From Candidatus Bathyarchaeota archaeon (GTDB taxonomy: Archaea > Thermoproteota > Bathyarchaeia > Bathyarchaeales > Bathycorpusculaceae), in the NCBI GenBank assembly GCA_963828195.1, contig CAWHDT010000005.1, positions 1 through 64,000 on the forward strand: 64,000 bases of DNA, written 5' to 3'. The notes beneath the pieces were generated by a model, which did no database searches, was not told where the DNA came from, and worked only from the letters and a program-made list of their open reading frames with translations. Positions 9,580-17,960 of this stretch are shown here, in pieces (the first letter of the stretch is position 1; every line of letters begins with the position of its first letter). A program made the position numbers and the translations under genes.

Positions 9580-10476
9580 GTGAGAAAAAACAGTCTTTGG
9601 CTGTGTGATACTGCTCTAAACTGGCTGCTCACGTTATACGGCAGATTTGAGAGTGTAGAAAAAAGAAGCCAGGACAGCAAGTGGATTGCACTGAACAATT
9701 TTGTTGCTAACTACTTAGGGGAATTTAAGTTTCTTTCAACACCGATGCCGCTCTTAGGCGATTCTTATTATTCTACTGGGTCTTTTCAATATTACAGAAA
9801 ACTTTCTTTAAGATTAACCAAGGAATATTATTTAGTATCCGTTGATTCTTCCGATTCTCCGATTTTTTGGCCTTTGGTGCTGCATGAGATGACTCACTGT
9901 TGGCTAGGTTCAAGTCATGTGGTAAATTCCATTTATGCCGCTCACAATAATGATCTGAACGGGTTAGATCGAGAAATTGCCGAAAACAGGATCGAAGAAG
10001 CATTGTGTGATTCGTTAGCTACATCTTTAATCGGGCCAGCGTACCCCTTTTCGTTTGTAAACAAGCTTTGGGCCCAATTCTCAAGGGAAGTTAGCAATTG
10101 GTATCCGACAAATGAATTTAGAATTGAATGCATGGCTAAGATTTTGGATGAACTGCAACTTACCGACGTAGCAAACGAGCTTAGGATGATTGTAAGTGAG
10201 AAATTCGCAAATTCGTGGAACAACGAAGAAATCGCTTGTGTAATTGATGATTTAGCTCAAACTACAAAAGAGTTTAGCCGGACACTTCCCAAGATAAGCT
10301 CAAAGATTTGTATCGAAGCAGAAAACGCATGTTCTACTTTGGATAAGTCACCACCAAGGGATATGCCAACCTTGTTTTTCTCATGTTGGATATTACTTGA
10401 TAAAATGGAACCCTCGGAGATACCCACTGGATTACACAATATCACAGATATTTTGCTGAAAGCTTTAAAATGGTGA
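9580..10476 (+). CDS. HExxH zinc-binding (metallopeptidase-like) protein; frame is open from 9388
   Basis: WPLVLHEMTHC plus downstream EEALCD...GPAY; no ATG/GTG/TTG between 9388 and 9580 although the frame is open. Confidence 0.7.
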   Translation: MRKNSLWLCDTALNWLLTLYGRFESVEKRSQDSKWIALNNFVANYLGEFKFLSTPMPLLGDSYYSTGSFQYYRKLSLRLTKEYYLVSVDSSDSPIFWPLVLHEMTHCWLGSSHVVNSIYAAHNNDLNGLDREIAENRIEEALCDSLATSLIGPAYPFSFVNKLWAQFSREVSNWYPTNEFRIECMAKILDELQLTDVANELRMIVSEKFANSWNNEEIACVIDDLAQTTKEFSRTLPKISSKICIEAENACSTLDKSPPRDMPTLFFSCWILLDKMEPSEIPTGLHNITDILLKALKW

Positions 10477-10500
10477 CCCAGCTCGCCGAACACCTGAGCT

Positions 10501-10551
10501 TAGTCATATTAACTACTAAAAAATTAAGATTTTTCTAACTTTTTGCGAAAA
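10501..10551 (+). repeat. Repeat B copy 1
   Basis: tagtcatattaactactaaaaaattaagatttttctaactttttgcgaaaa; 45/51 identical to 15121-15171. Confidence 0.85.
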
Positions 10552-10583
10552 TCACCATGAACAAAAACAGCGATTGGTAACAA

Positions 10584-11486
10584 TCAACCATGAGAATCAG
10601 ACCTTAGCGTTTCCAAAACGGTTGCAACTAATTTCTTCTCTTTATGAGCTTTTGAATCATCGATTATCCTGATAAGTGTGCTATCCATTTCTTCCAGAAA
10701 CTCGTATGACTTGAGAACTTTTCCAATAACCGTCTCTTGGGAAGGTAAGTCTCCTCTCCTTACTAAGCGTTCAAGATCATTCCAGTCATATTTAGTCCCT
10801 GATATATTATTGAGGAGATCTTTTGGTCTGAAGGGTTCTCTAACACTCCAGCATTTGATGACAGCAAGTTTTTGTACTCGGTGTTTGTCAAAGTGTCTAT
10901 CTGCAAACAGGTATAGGTCGTACAAATCGCGGGGTCGGAACCTCTGATATGCAGCCCGCAACTTCTCTGCCAATAACTCCTCTTTTTGAAGGCACCCCAC
11001 AGGAAACCGGGGAAATTCAGTGTACTTAAAATACATCTCATCCAACAAAGGCAACGCCTCAAGAGGTAACAGCGGTTTTTCACGGAAGCTTACTTCAAAC
11101 ATGAATTTTGCAGTGTTCCAAGCATGAGAATAGCTTATGACCGCTATGTAGGATTGCTCGCACGCCTCTGCTCCTTTCCGAACATTCTCCTCTGAAATCT
11201 TGAATTCTATGCCGAAATAGCTGCGCTTGTCCAGCAGCTTCTTAAGGTCAGATTGAAGGTCATCTAAGGAAATGCTTTGACTTGTAAAGTCAAGGTCCTC
11301 CGAGAATCTACCGGTACTCTCAAAATGTATTTTCTTTAAGCATGTACCACCCTTAAACGCCAACTTTTGTAAAATATCGTCAGATAAAACTTTTAAGACA
11401 TAGGTTAGGACTATATCGCGTTCTGCCACTTCTAAGGGCACTCTGCTAGAACGAGCATAGAATGTCACATACTTTTTGTCCAGCAT
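10584..11486 (-). CDS. abiEii: AbiEii/AbiGii-family nucleotidyltransferase toxin (type IV TA)
   Basis: ERD...L, FKGGTCLKK, RFSEDLDF, AEKLRA, RPRDLYDL. Confidence 0.93.
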   Translation of the reverse strand: MLDKKYVTFYARSSRVPLEVAERDIVLTYVLKVLSDDILQKLAFKGGTCLKKIHFESTGRFSEDLDFTSQSISLDDLQSDLKKLLDKRSYFGIEFKISEENVRKGAEACEQSYIAVISYSHAWNTAKFMFEVSFREKPLLPLEALPLLDEMYFKYTEFPRFPVGCLQKEELLAEKLRAAYQRFRPRDLYDLYLFADRHFDKHRVQKLAVIKCWSVREPFRPKDLLNNISGTKYDWNDLERLVRRGDLPSQETVIGKVLKSYEFLEEMDSTLIRIIDDSKAHKEKKLVATVLETLRSDSHG

Positions 11487-11493
11487 TTTCTTC

Positions 11494-12729
11494 TCACCTT
11501 ACCTCAATCTCGCTGAGTAACTGTTCTCTTGGCACGTTATCGATGACTCTCCAGTCATTAGAAAACGAGCCTGTCTTTAGCCTTCGGGAATCAAGATAAA
11601 TCGGAGTGTTTCCCACATGCCTAAGCAGCAAGCCTCTATGATCGGAAGCTAACGGTTGAACCAAACCCTCTTTTGAAAGAGAATCGACAACAAAGCCAAG
11701 CCTCTGAACCAAAGCATGCGATTCCATCCTGACAGCGTAATCCACCAACTTACCCTCATCAACCTTTGCTAAACCCCGCCATGTAATCCTTGCCAACTGC
11801 TCAACCCCACCCGCATAATGTGGCTTATCAAAAGAATCCACAATAGCCTTCTCAGGCTCAGCTAAACAAACCTCAGCATCAAACGCCCTTTCAAAACGGT
11901 AGCCAAAGAACTTACGTTTGGATAAAGTTACAAACTTGAAAGCGACGCTTTGCCACTCAACCTTTGGCTTCTTCTTTGTAGTAGCAATAAACAGAGTGAA
12001 CGGCATCTGAGTAGTAAATCCATAATGACTGTTAGCCGTGTAATAGCTGAAGTAATAGGGCTCAACCAAAGCAGCCCCTACAGCAAAAGAGTTAGCAGGA
12101 GGAATCTTTTCAGGGTAACCATAAGCCGCTGGAACAAACTGATAAAGACCCGTGGTTATCCGCTCAAGCCATTGTTTTCGCTCAAGATTATGAAGCAAAA
12201 CGTAAGCATAATTAGCGGAACAACGCAAAGCATCCTGAACATCCTTCGCTCGGATTACAGTCTTCTTCTCAACCTCCCACATGGCCGCCAATTTGGCTTC
12301 CTCTGGCGAGAGTCTCCTATCTTGAAACTGGTTCTGCTCCTCTCTAACCGCTTCAAGTTCAGCTCGAGTTATTCCAAGGTCTTCAAAAGTAACCAAACGA
12401 ATAGGCAATCCGCCAAGCGCTTTCATGGCTGACGTTTCAAATTCAGGACCAACGACTATTAACTCAAACTTTTCAAGTGGAGGCTCTAAGTTAGACAGGG
12501 CGGAATACAGGTTTAGAATTTTGCTTAGGCTACCGCGGCCTATTTTGTGCATCGTCACTTCCACAAAGACATCTATTCCAGCCTTATCCTTGAAATGAAA
12601 ATCAATTCTAATTCTGCCAGGTAGTTGTTCATCTGTGGCAACGAGCTTATGTTCGCCAAAGGCTTTGATTAGTTGCCTTGAAACAAACGCTTCTACACCG
12701 TGCTCCAAATAGTTCACCACTATTATCAT
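11494..12729 (-). CDS. abiEi: AbiEi-family antitoxin with extra N-terminal restriction-endonuclease-like domain
   Basis: wHTH (L.RKQWLERITTGLY), YFSYYTANSHYGFTTQ, EPEKAIVD, QRLGF; extra ~130-aa N-terminus containing RIDFHFKD...FVEVT. Confidence 0.88.
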   Translation of the reverse strand: MIIVVNYLEHGVEAFVSRQLIKAFGEHKLVATDEQLPGRIRIDFHFKDKAGIDVFVEVTMHKIGRGSLSKILNLYSALSNLEPPLEKFELIVVGPEFETSAMKALGGLPIRLVTFEDLGITRAELEAVREEQNQFQDRRLSPEEAKLAAMWEVEKKTVIRAKDVQDALRCSANYAYVLLHNLERKQWLERITTGLYQFVPAAYGYPEKIPPANSFAVGAALVEPYYFSYYTANSHYGFTTQMPFTLFIATTKKKPKVEWQSVAFKFVTLSKRKFFGYRFERAFDAEVCLAEPEKAIVDSFDKPHYAGGVEQLARITWRGLAKVDEGKLVDYAVRMESHALVQRLGFVVDSLSKEGLVQPLASDHRGLLLRHVGNTPIYLDSRRLKTGSFSNDWRVIDNVPREQLLSEIEVR

Positions 12730-12892
12730 TCGCCGATTAAGTATTATAATTTTTTCTTTTTATCTTAGCATTATACAGAAAATCATTAAGACTTTAAGAA
12801 ATAAATATTTTGCGTAGTTTATTGTAACGTTTTATCAGCCATTATTTTCCAGAAACATTTTATAAGTGTCCATCAGGATGAGTTTTAGTGGA

Positions 12893-13015
12893 TGAAGGCA
12901 TCTTAAGTTCGCGTGTCCAGCGGGTCGCGGGGTCTCCAGAGTTCCTTCGGGAATTACCCTTGCGGTAAGAGGCAACGTCCGCGTTACAAAGGCATGCGGC
13001 GCCCGAATCTTTGCT
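12893..13015 (+). repeat. Repeat A full copy 1 (TATA-like CTTAAG plus structured 56-nt core 12927-12982); candidate ncRNA or recombination site
   Basis: Aligns with 17141-17267; core differs at 5/56 positions; GUUCC-UUCG-GGAAU hairpin. Confidence 0.85.
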
Positions 13016-13106
13016 CAAGCTCTTTTACTTAATCTGTTTCTCTGTTCAAAGTGTAGTTTACCTATTCATGCTGAGAATGCGATTTGTTGTGGAGCGTACC
13101 AGTTAT

Positions 13107-13907
13107 TTATAGCGATAAGCCCTTGAGGAAAAAGTTAACTCGTTGATATGCATCAGTTCTTGCATTTTCAGAACCAATAAATCTAGCCACTGCGCTTGGG
13201 CCTTGGGAAATCATCGAGCCAAAGCCTTCTCTGAGTTCAATTATTGCATTAATCGTTGTTTTCTCTGTTCCTTTTCCTTTTAGCGCAGCCATGAACGCTT
13301 CAGAAGCTTGCTTAGGTCCTGTTCCGTAGAAACCCGCTACGCTGTAAATGTCATAGCTGTCTTTATCTTTCAGCCTGTACAAAGCGAGACCTTTCATAGT
13401 TAACGATGCAACAATGTTTGCACAATAAAGCTTCGCCGAAGCTAAACCATTACCAGGCATAATCGCGCTCAGCTCAACCTCAAAATTTTGGTCAAACACT
13501 ATCCCGCAACCTTCGATAACGCATGCTTTGAGATCAGCTTGAACCGAAGTTAACCACTCGCCAGGCAATCTTTTTGCACCTTCAGGCTCAGTTAAAAAAT
13601 CTACTTCAATCTTGTAACTAATCCCACTACTGGAAGAAACCACATGTCTTTCAAAACGAAATATGCTTCCAGTAGCCGCATATCCCAACCTTTCCAGAAT
13701 CTGTTTAATGTTTTCATATCGCTCAACAATAGAAGGTCTCAAAACAAAATCAATATCAATAGAACCGCAATGGTCAAAGTAGCCCCTTGTCAAAAAATAT
13801 GGTGCCCAGCCTCCTGCAAGAACCATATCATTTTTGTATTGTCGAAGAGCTCGGCATAGCTCAACTAAAACACCTTTCGAAGTTTCAGTTGCATCACGAT
13901 CATACAT
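13107..13907 (-). CDS. Pol-beta-like nucleotidyltransferase (putative type IV TA toxin)
   Basis: VLAGGWAP...GSIDIDF, MKGLAL..RLKDKDSYDIY; overlaps the upstream AbiEi-like gene. Confidence 0.82.
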   Translation of the reverse strand: MYDRDATETSKGVLVELCRALRQYKNDMVLAGGWAPYFLTRGYFDHCGSIDIDFVLRPSIVERYENIKQILERLGYAATGSIFRFERHVVSSSSGISYKIEVDFLTEPEGAKRLPGEWLTSVQADLKACVIEGCGIVFDQNFEVELSAIMPGNGLASAKLYCANIVASLTMKGLALYRLKDKDSYDIYSVAGFYGTGPKQASEAFMAALKGKGTEKTTINAIIELREGFGSMISQGPSAVARFIGSENARTDAYQRVNFFLKGLSL

Positions 13908-14571
13908 TCTGAACTGCCTCTTTTTTATGCCATTCTTTAAGCAGTACTTCTAAGAGTTGAGAAGCAGCCTCTTCGCCTCTTGCTGGAATATTATAAAGAT
14001 CAACGTAAAGCTGCACGTTAGACACAACCTTAACCCCTCGGACTTCATACGCTCCATAAAAAACGCCTTCATCGTAGGGCAAAACGAATTTTACGTTTCC
14101 GCCACTTGGTGTGGGATTTAATTCTAGCTTTTTTGCAAACTGGGAAGCTATGTCTAAAGAGGGAATATAGAGGTGCACGTCAACAGGTCGCACGTAAGGC
14201 GCTACAAGCCAAGCGCCGGCTAAACCTGAAAGAGCATATTTCAAATCGACCTCGGCAATTTTCTGCACGAACTGATCTATCTCTTTCTCAAAAGTGTAGT
14301 ATTCTAAGAATTTATTCGCGCGGTTATAGTCGCTGTAAGCTGCCCATCGTCTTAGCAATCGCATGGGGTCTACGATGACTATTCGGTTCCGCTTATCTCT
14401 TGCAACAAAGCCTAACTCAATAAGCGTTTTGCAAACATAATGCACCAATCCGTTTGACACTTGGGCCTCTGCAGCAAGTTCCCTCTCGTCCCAATCTCTG
14501 CCAAGAGTTACCAATAACACACGCAGAATCCTAGAGGATTTAGGCGCGAAGACATTTTTGACCTCAGACAT
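13900..14571 (-). CDS. wHTH + AbiEi-like (DUF2186/AbiEi_2-type) antitoxin
   Basis: N-terminal wHTH (RELAAEAQVSNGLVH), YALSGLAGAWLVAP, GGNV...PYDEGVF, VSNVQLYVDL...RGEEAA. ATG 14571 preferred over TTG 14601. Confidence 0.85.
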   Translation of the reverse strand: MSEVKNVFAPKSSRILRVLLVTLGRDWDERELAAEAQVSNGLVHYVCKTLIELGFVARDKRNRIVIVDPMRLLRRWAAYSDYNRANKFLEYYTFEKEIDQFVQKIAEVDLKYALSGLAGAWLVAPYVRPVDVHLYIPSLDIASQFAKKLELNPTPSGGNVKFVLPYDEGVFYGAYEVRGVKVVSNVQLYVDLYNIPARGEEAASQLLEVLLKEWHKKEAVQNV

Positions 14572-14595
14572 GTAGTTGCCTTCTAAAACAACGTT

Positions 14596-14678
14596 GCTCA
14601 ATGGGCTATATAAATGCTCAATGTTATTGAGCTAATTTTCTGCTCAACCACACTTATATATGCTCAACACTATTGAGC
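14596..14678. promoter_or_regulatory. Duplicated operator/promoter: GCTCAA-N5-TTGAGC palindromes plus half sites
   Basis: Palindromes at 14616-14632 and 14662-14678; half-sites at 14596 and 14642 (46-bp periodicity); TTTATATA on - at 14607-14614. Confidence 0.7.
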
Positions 14679-14779
14679 AAAACACTTTCAGTTAACTAAG
14701 CAGTCAAACATATGAACTGACCTATCAACGTAAAAAAGAAAAATATGTACCCTGACACATCATCATATAGGTGGACATA

Positions 14780-15026
14780 ATGAATAAAGACAAATCTGCC
14801 AAATTGAACAAAAAGAAAAAAACTCTCTCAAGAAACAACCAGGTTGCTTGCTGAAGGATACGAAGAGAACGCTGCAGAAGACTTAGCTATAGCAAAAGAT
14901 TTTGAAGCTGCTGAAAATGAACTCAACAAAAAATGCGACAAGCAGGACCGATATTGTCAGTGCAAAAGCAGCGTCAATGGAGTAGCGAGCAATAACAGTG
15001 TAATAGCCTGTTATCACACGAGTTAA
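14780..15026 (+). pseudogene. Remnant of a MazE/NdoAI-like antitoxin C-terminus, frameshifted
   Basis: LLAEGYEENAAEDLAIAKDFEAAENE resembles MazE-type C-termini; ATG 14780 is out of frame across an A-run; no toxin follows. Confidence 0.4.
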
Positions 15027-15120
15027 GCCTAGTTTAACACTAAATACACAATTAAAAGTGAGAATACTTTTACCATTGATAAACGCCATTTGAACCGATT
15101 TCACAATTTCAAGCTCAATA

Positions 15121-15171
15121 TAGCCATATTAGGTACTAAAAAGTTTAGATTTTTCTAACTTTCTGCGAAAA
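15121..15171 (+). repeat. Repeat B copy 2
   Basis: tagccatattaggtactaaaaagtttagatttttctaactttctgcgaaaa; 45/51 identical to 10501-10551. Confidence 0.85.
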
Positions 15172-15235
15172 ATAGCTATTTTGCGTGCCGCCGCTTAAAA
15201 AATGGATTATGAAGTGCAGAATTGATTTATTTCTT

Positions 15236-15282
15236 ATTTCATATTATTAAAAGGTTTAAATAGGTTTTCAATAATATGAAAT
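15236..15282 (+). promoter_or_regulatory. 13-bp perfect inverted repeat straddling a TATA box (putative autoregulatory operator)
   Basis: ATTTCATATTATT (15236-15248) ... TTTAAA ... AATAATATGAAAT (15270-15282), 4 bp before the ATG at 15287. Confidence 0.72.
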
Positions 15283-15286
15283 TGCT

Positions 15287-16234
15287 ATGAGATGCACAGA
15301 CTCTGAATATGCTTTCAGCAAGTCAGAATTGCAAATACTTAGAGAACTCTCTAAGGGAAAGCAATCCCTTCCAGAGATTAGAAAATCACTTTTGCTTAAA
15401 CCAGCGCTTCTTTCTTATAACTTAAAAAAATTACAGAAGAAAGTGCTGATCCAAACAACTGAAGAAGGAAACAGGAAATACGCATGCTTCAGCGAAACAA
15501 GTCATGCAGAACTGCTAAGAGACCTGTTGATTAGGTTCGATCATGTGGATTGGGAAAATATTCTAACGGGAAAAACAATCGATATTCTTTTCCAAGCCCT
15601 CAGCGCAAAAGAGGGAAATTTATCAGGTTTTTCCAATGCTACACTTTGGCGTTATCTAAAGGAACTAAGAGGAAGAGGCATTATTGGAGAGACTCAAAAA
15701 AGGTACCAAATTAACTCGCGCTTCCAAGTCCTCATAGACTTTCTAAAGGAATACCAACGGTATTTTGTTAACAAAATTTCTAAAACCCTCTCAGTGAAAA
15801 CGGTCATTCTTTGGCAAGAAGGCATGGAATTTCTGGTTAGGGCACCCAAAGCTGCGAAGCCGATATGTGAAGACTTCCACAAAACTGCCACCTCAATATT
15901 TGCTCAATATGATCTTCCGCTTTTTTCAGAATTTGACATCTACTTCTACTCAACAAGCAGAAGATCAATCAAACCTGAGGATGCAATACTGCATACGCTT
16001 CTTGTAGAACCTGGCAATGTGCGATACACAACTTACGCTCTTTTGCTGCTCAAAAAAACGCAGAAGGAAATCGACAAAACATATTTGCTCAAGGAAGCTG
16101 AAAGTTTTGGGCTCAAGAATCAAATAGTCGGTATGCTTGAATTCTTAGAGACTCACAGGCGACCAGAAGGTCAATCACTGCCTACTTGGAACGAATTTAT
16201 CACAAAAGCAAATGATTACGCGGTGATAGCCTGA
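15287..16234 (+). CDS. Tandem wHTH regulator / putative antitoxin
   Basis: N-terminal ArsR/MarR-like wHTH and a second wHTH (SNATLWRYLKEL..RGI); TGA/ATG overlap with the downstream nucleotidyltransferase. Confidence 0.78.
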   Translation: MRCTDSEYAFSKSELQILRELSKGKQSLPEIRKSLLLKPALLSYNLKKLQKKVLIQTTEEGNRKYACFSETSHAELLRDLLIRFDHVDWENILTGKTIDILFQALSAKEGNLSGFSNATLWRYLKELRGRGIIGETQKRYQINSRFQVLIDFLKEYQRYFVNKISKTLSVKTVILWQEGMEFLVRAPKAAKPICEDFHKTATSIFAQYDLPLFSEFDIYFYSTSRRSIKPEDAILHTLLVEPGNVRYTTYALLLLKKTQKEIDKTYLLKEAESFGLKNQIVGMLEFLETHRRPEGQSLPTWNEFITKANDYAVIA

Positions 16235-17082
16235 TGGCTCAAAGGCGCTCCTTTGATAAGAACTATCTCAATCAAGAATTCGATAAGGTAAACGCAACAG
16301 CAAAACAGACCCTTACACTTTATCTCGTAGGCGGAGGAGCCATGGCATTCTACGGTCTAAAAGCCGCTTCAAAAGACATAGACATAATCCTCACCAGCCA
16401 AGGCGACCTGACCAACCTGCAAACAATTCTTGAAGAAATAGGCTACAAAGAGCCAAACCCTGTTCTTGTCACTAGAGCATACAATAAAATGCAAACCAAC
16501 GCCATATTGGAAAATCAAGACGGCTTCAGATGGGACCTGTTCCTGAAAACAGTCTGTAACGCCCTCACGCTATCTGCTGAGATGCAGAAGAGAGCAACCT
16601 CACTCTATCAAGGTAACTTCCTAAAGGTCCTCATTGCTTCAAAAGAAGACCTCTTCTTGTTCAAAGGAATAACCGAACGGGAAGCTGATTTAGATGATAT
16701 GCGAATACTTGCACAATCAGGACTCTACTGGGAAACGATAAGCCAAGAATGTAGACGCCAATCTGAAGTTTCAGGCGTTTGCTGGGAAGGCGCACTCTAC
16801 CAAAACCTGCTAGATCTTAAAGAAAAATATGGCATTGAATCTCCAATTGAAAAATCCCTTAGAAAAGTTGCTGAACGAAAGATTATTGAAACAACGCTGC
16901 TTGGGCAAATCCAAAAGGGAAACCACACCGTCAAAATAATCGCTCAAGAAATCAAGGAGCCGCAAAACTTCATCAGGGAAGAACTTAAAGGATTAGCGGA
17001 CAGGGGACTAATTAGAATGGATAGATCAAGCAAACCTCATAAATTCTTCCTCAATGAAAAACCAACTAAAAATAAAAGGTGA
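16234..17082 (+). CDS. Nucleotidyltransferase (DUF6036-like) with C-terminal wHTH
   Basis: YLVGGGAM...SKDIDII, DLFLFKGITEREADLDD; C-terminal wHTH (IAQEI...IREELKGL.DRGLI). Confidence 0.82.
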   Translation: MAQRRSFDKNYLNQEFDKVNATAKQTLTLYLVGGGAMAFYGLKAASKDIDIILTSQGDLTNLQTILEEIGYKEPNPVLVTRAYNKMQTNAILENQDGFRWDLFLKTVCNALTLSAEMQKRATSLYQGNFLKVLIASKEDLFLFKGITEREADLDDMRILAQSGLYWETISQECRRQSEVSGVCWEGALYQNLLDLKEKYGIESPIEKSLRKVAERKIIETTLLGQIQKGNHTVKIIAQEIKEPQNFIREELKGLADRGLIRMDRSSKPHKFFLNEKPTKNKR

Positions 17083-17140
17083 CAAAAAAGCCATTTTGTC
17101 GATTGCTTGCGGTTTACAGATATTTTTCTTAAAATAAAAT

Positions 17141-17267
17141 TGAAGGCATCTTAAGTTTGCATGTCCAGCGGGGGGAGGGGCGGGGTCTTCAGAGTTCCTT
17201 TTGGAGTTATCCTTGCGGTAAGAGGCAACGTCCGCGTTATAACCGCATGTGTCGCCCAATTTTTGCT
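17141..17267 (+). repeat. Repeat A full copy 2 (core 17180-17235)
   Basis: tgaaggcatcttaagt...gcggggtcttcagagttccttttggagttatccttgcggtaagaggcaacgtccgcgtta; aligns with 12893-13015. Confidence 0.85.
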
Positions 17268-17470
17268 TTGACTCTGTAACAAAATCATATTGACGCTGCT
17301 TTTACCGGAGAGGCTGCGTCTCCTTTTTTGCTTGGCGGTTTCCTCTTTGTTGGTTGCGCAAACTTTACGGGAATCAGAAAAAAATGCGCCCTCAAACACC
17401 TTGACATTTTGGTCGCCTAATTCTTCAGCAAATGCCGCATTCTAGTTTTCAAGTGAAGTTCCTGGTTTTT

Positions 17471-17740
17471 TTATGTTGGTTCTAGTGATATTTCTAGGAG
17501 GTAGCCTGCTAGGTTTTCTGTTTTGCCAAATAATGTGTATGTTACTGTTTTTGGTATGTGTATGCGTCCGTCTTTGCCTGTTTTTGCGTAGAAGGTTTCT
17601 TGGGCGCTTCCGCTGTGGATTTCTACGTGGAGGACTTGTTGGGGGTCAAGTTTGAATTGCCAACGGATTATTTTGGGGATTTGGATTTTGTTGCATGCTT
17701 CAAGGGGGATTTTGAATGTTACTTTTTCGGTTAAAGGCAT
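17471..17740 (-). CDS. Duplicated AbrB/SpoVT-like DNA-binding protein
   Basis: Two swapped-hairpin-like motifs (NKIQIPKIIR, DGRIHIPK); ATG 17740 (MPLTEK). Confidence 0.7.
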   Translation of the reverse strand: MPLTEKVTFKIPLEACNKIQIPKIIRWQFKLDPQQVLHVEIHSGSAQETFYAKTGKDGRIHIPKTVTYTLFGKTENLAGYLLEISLEPT

Positions 17741-17960
17741 GTTCACTCCGGACCTGTTGACTTATTTTGACTTTTTCAGACTTATATTAACTTTTTCTGA
17801 CTCAACCTGCAAAACACACAAACACTAAACCAAAAAACCAACCCGAAACACAAACAAAAAAAATAACAAAAAAACTGCACAGCAGCCACCGCGCCAGACT
17901 ATCCCAAATGTTTATTTTGAAATGCTCGCTAAATTACTTGGTTAGCCCAAAGAGGTTTAT

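Noticed and set aside
12893-13015. Repeat A as an integron attC site, tRNA fragment or hammerhead ribozyme
   Set aside because: GCGTTA is present but there is no properly spaced RYYYAAC...GTTRRRY pair, no T-loop or cloverleaf, and no CUGAnGA/GAAA core.
17151-17399. ORF 17151-17399 (-) as a gene explaining repeat A
   Set aside because: No recognisable motif, and the substitution pattern between repeat A copies fits base-pairing better than codon conservation.
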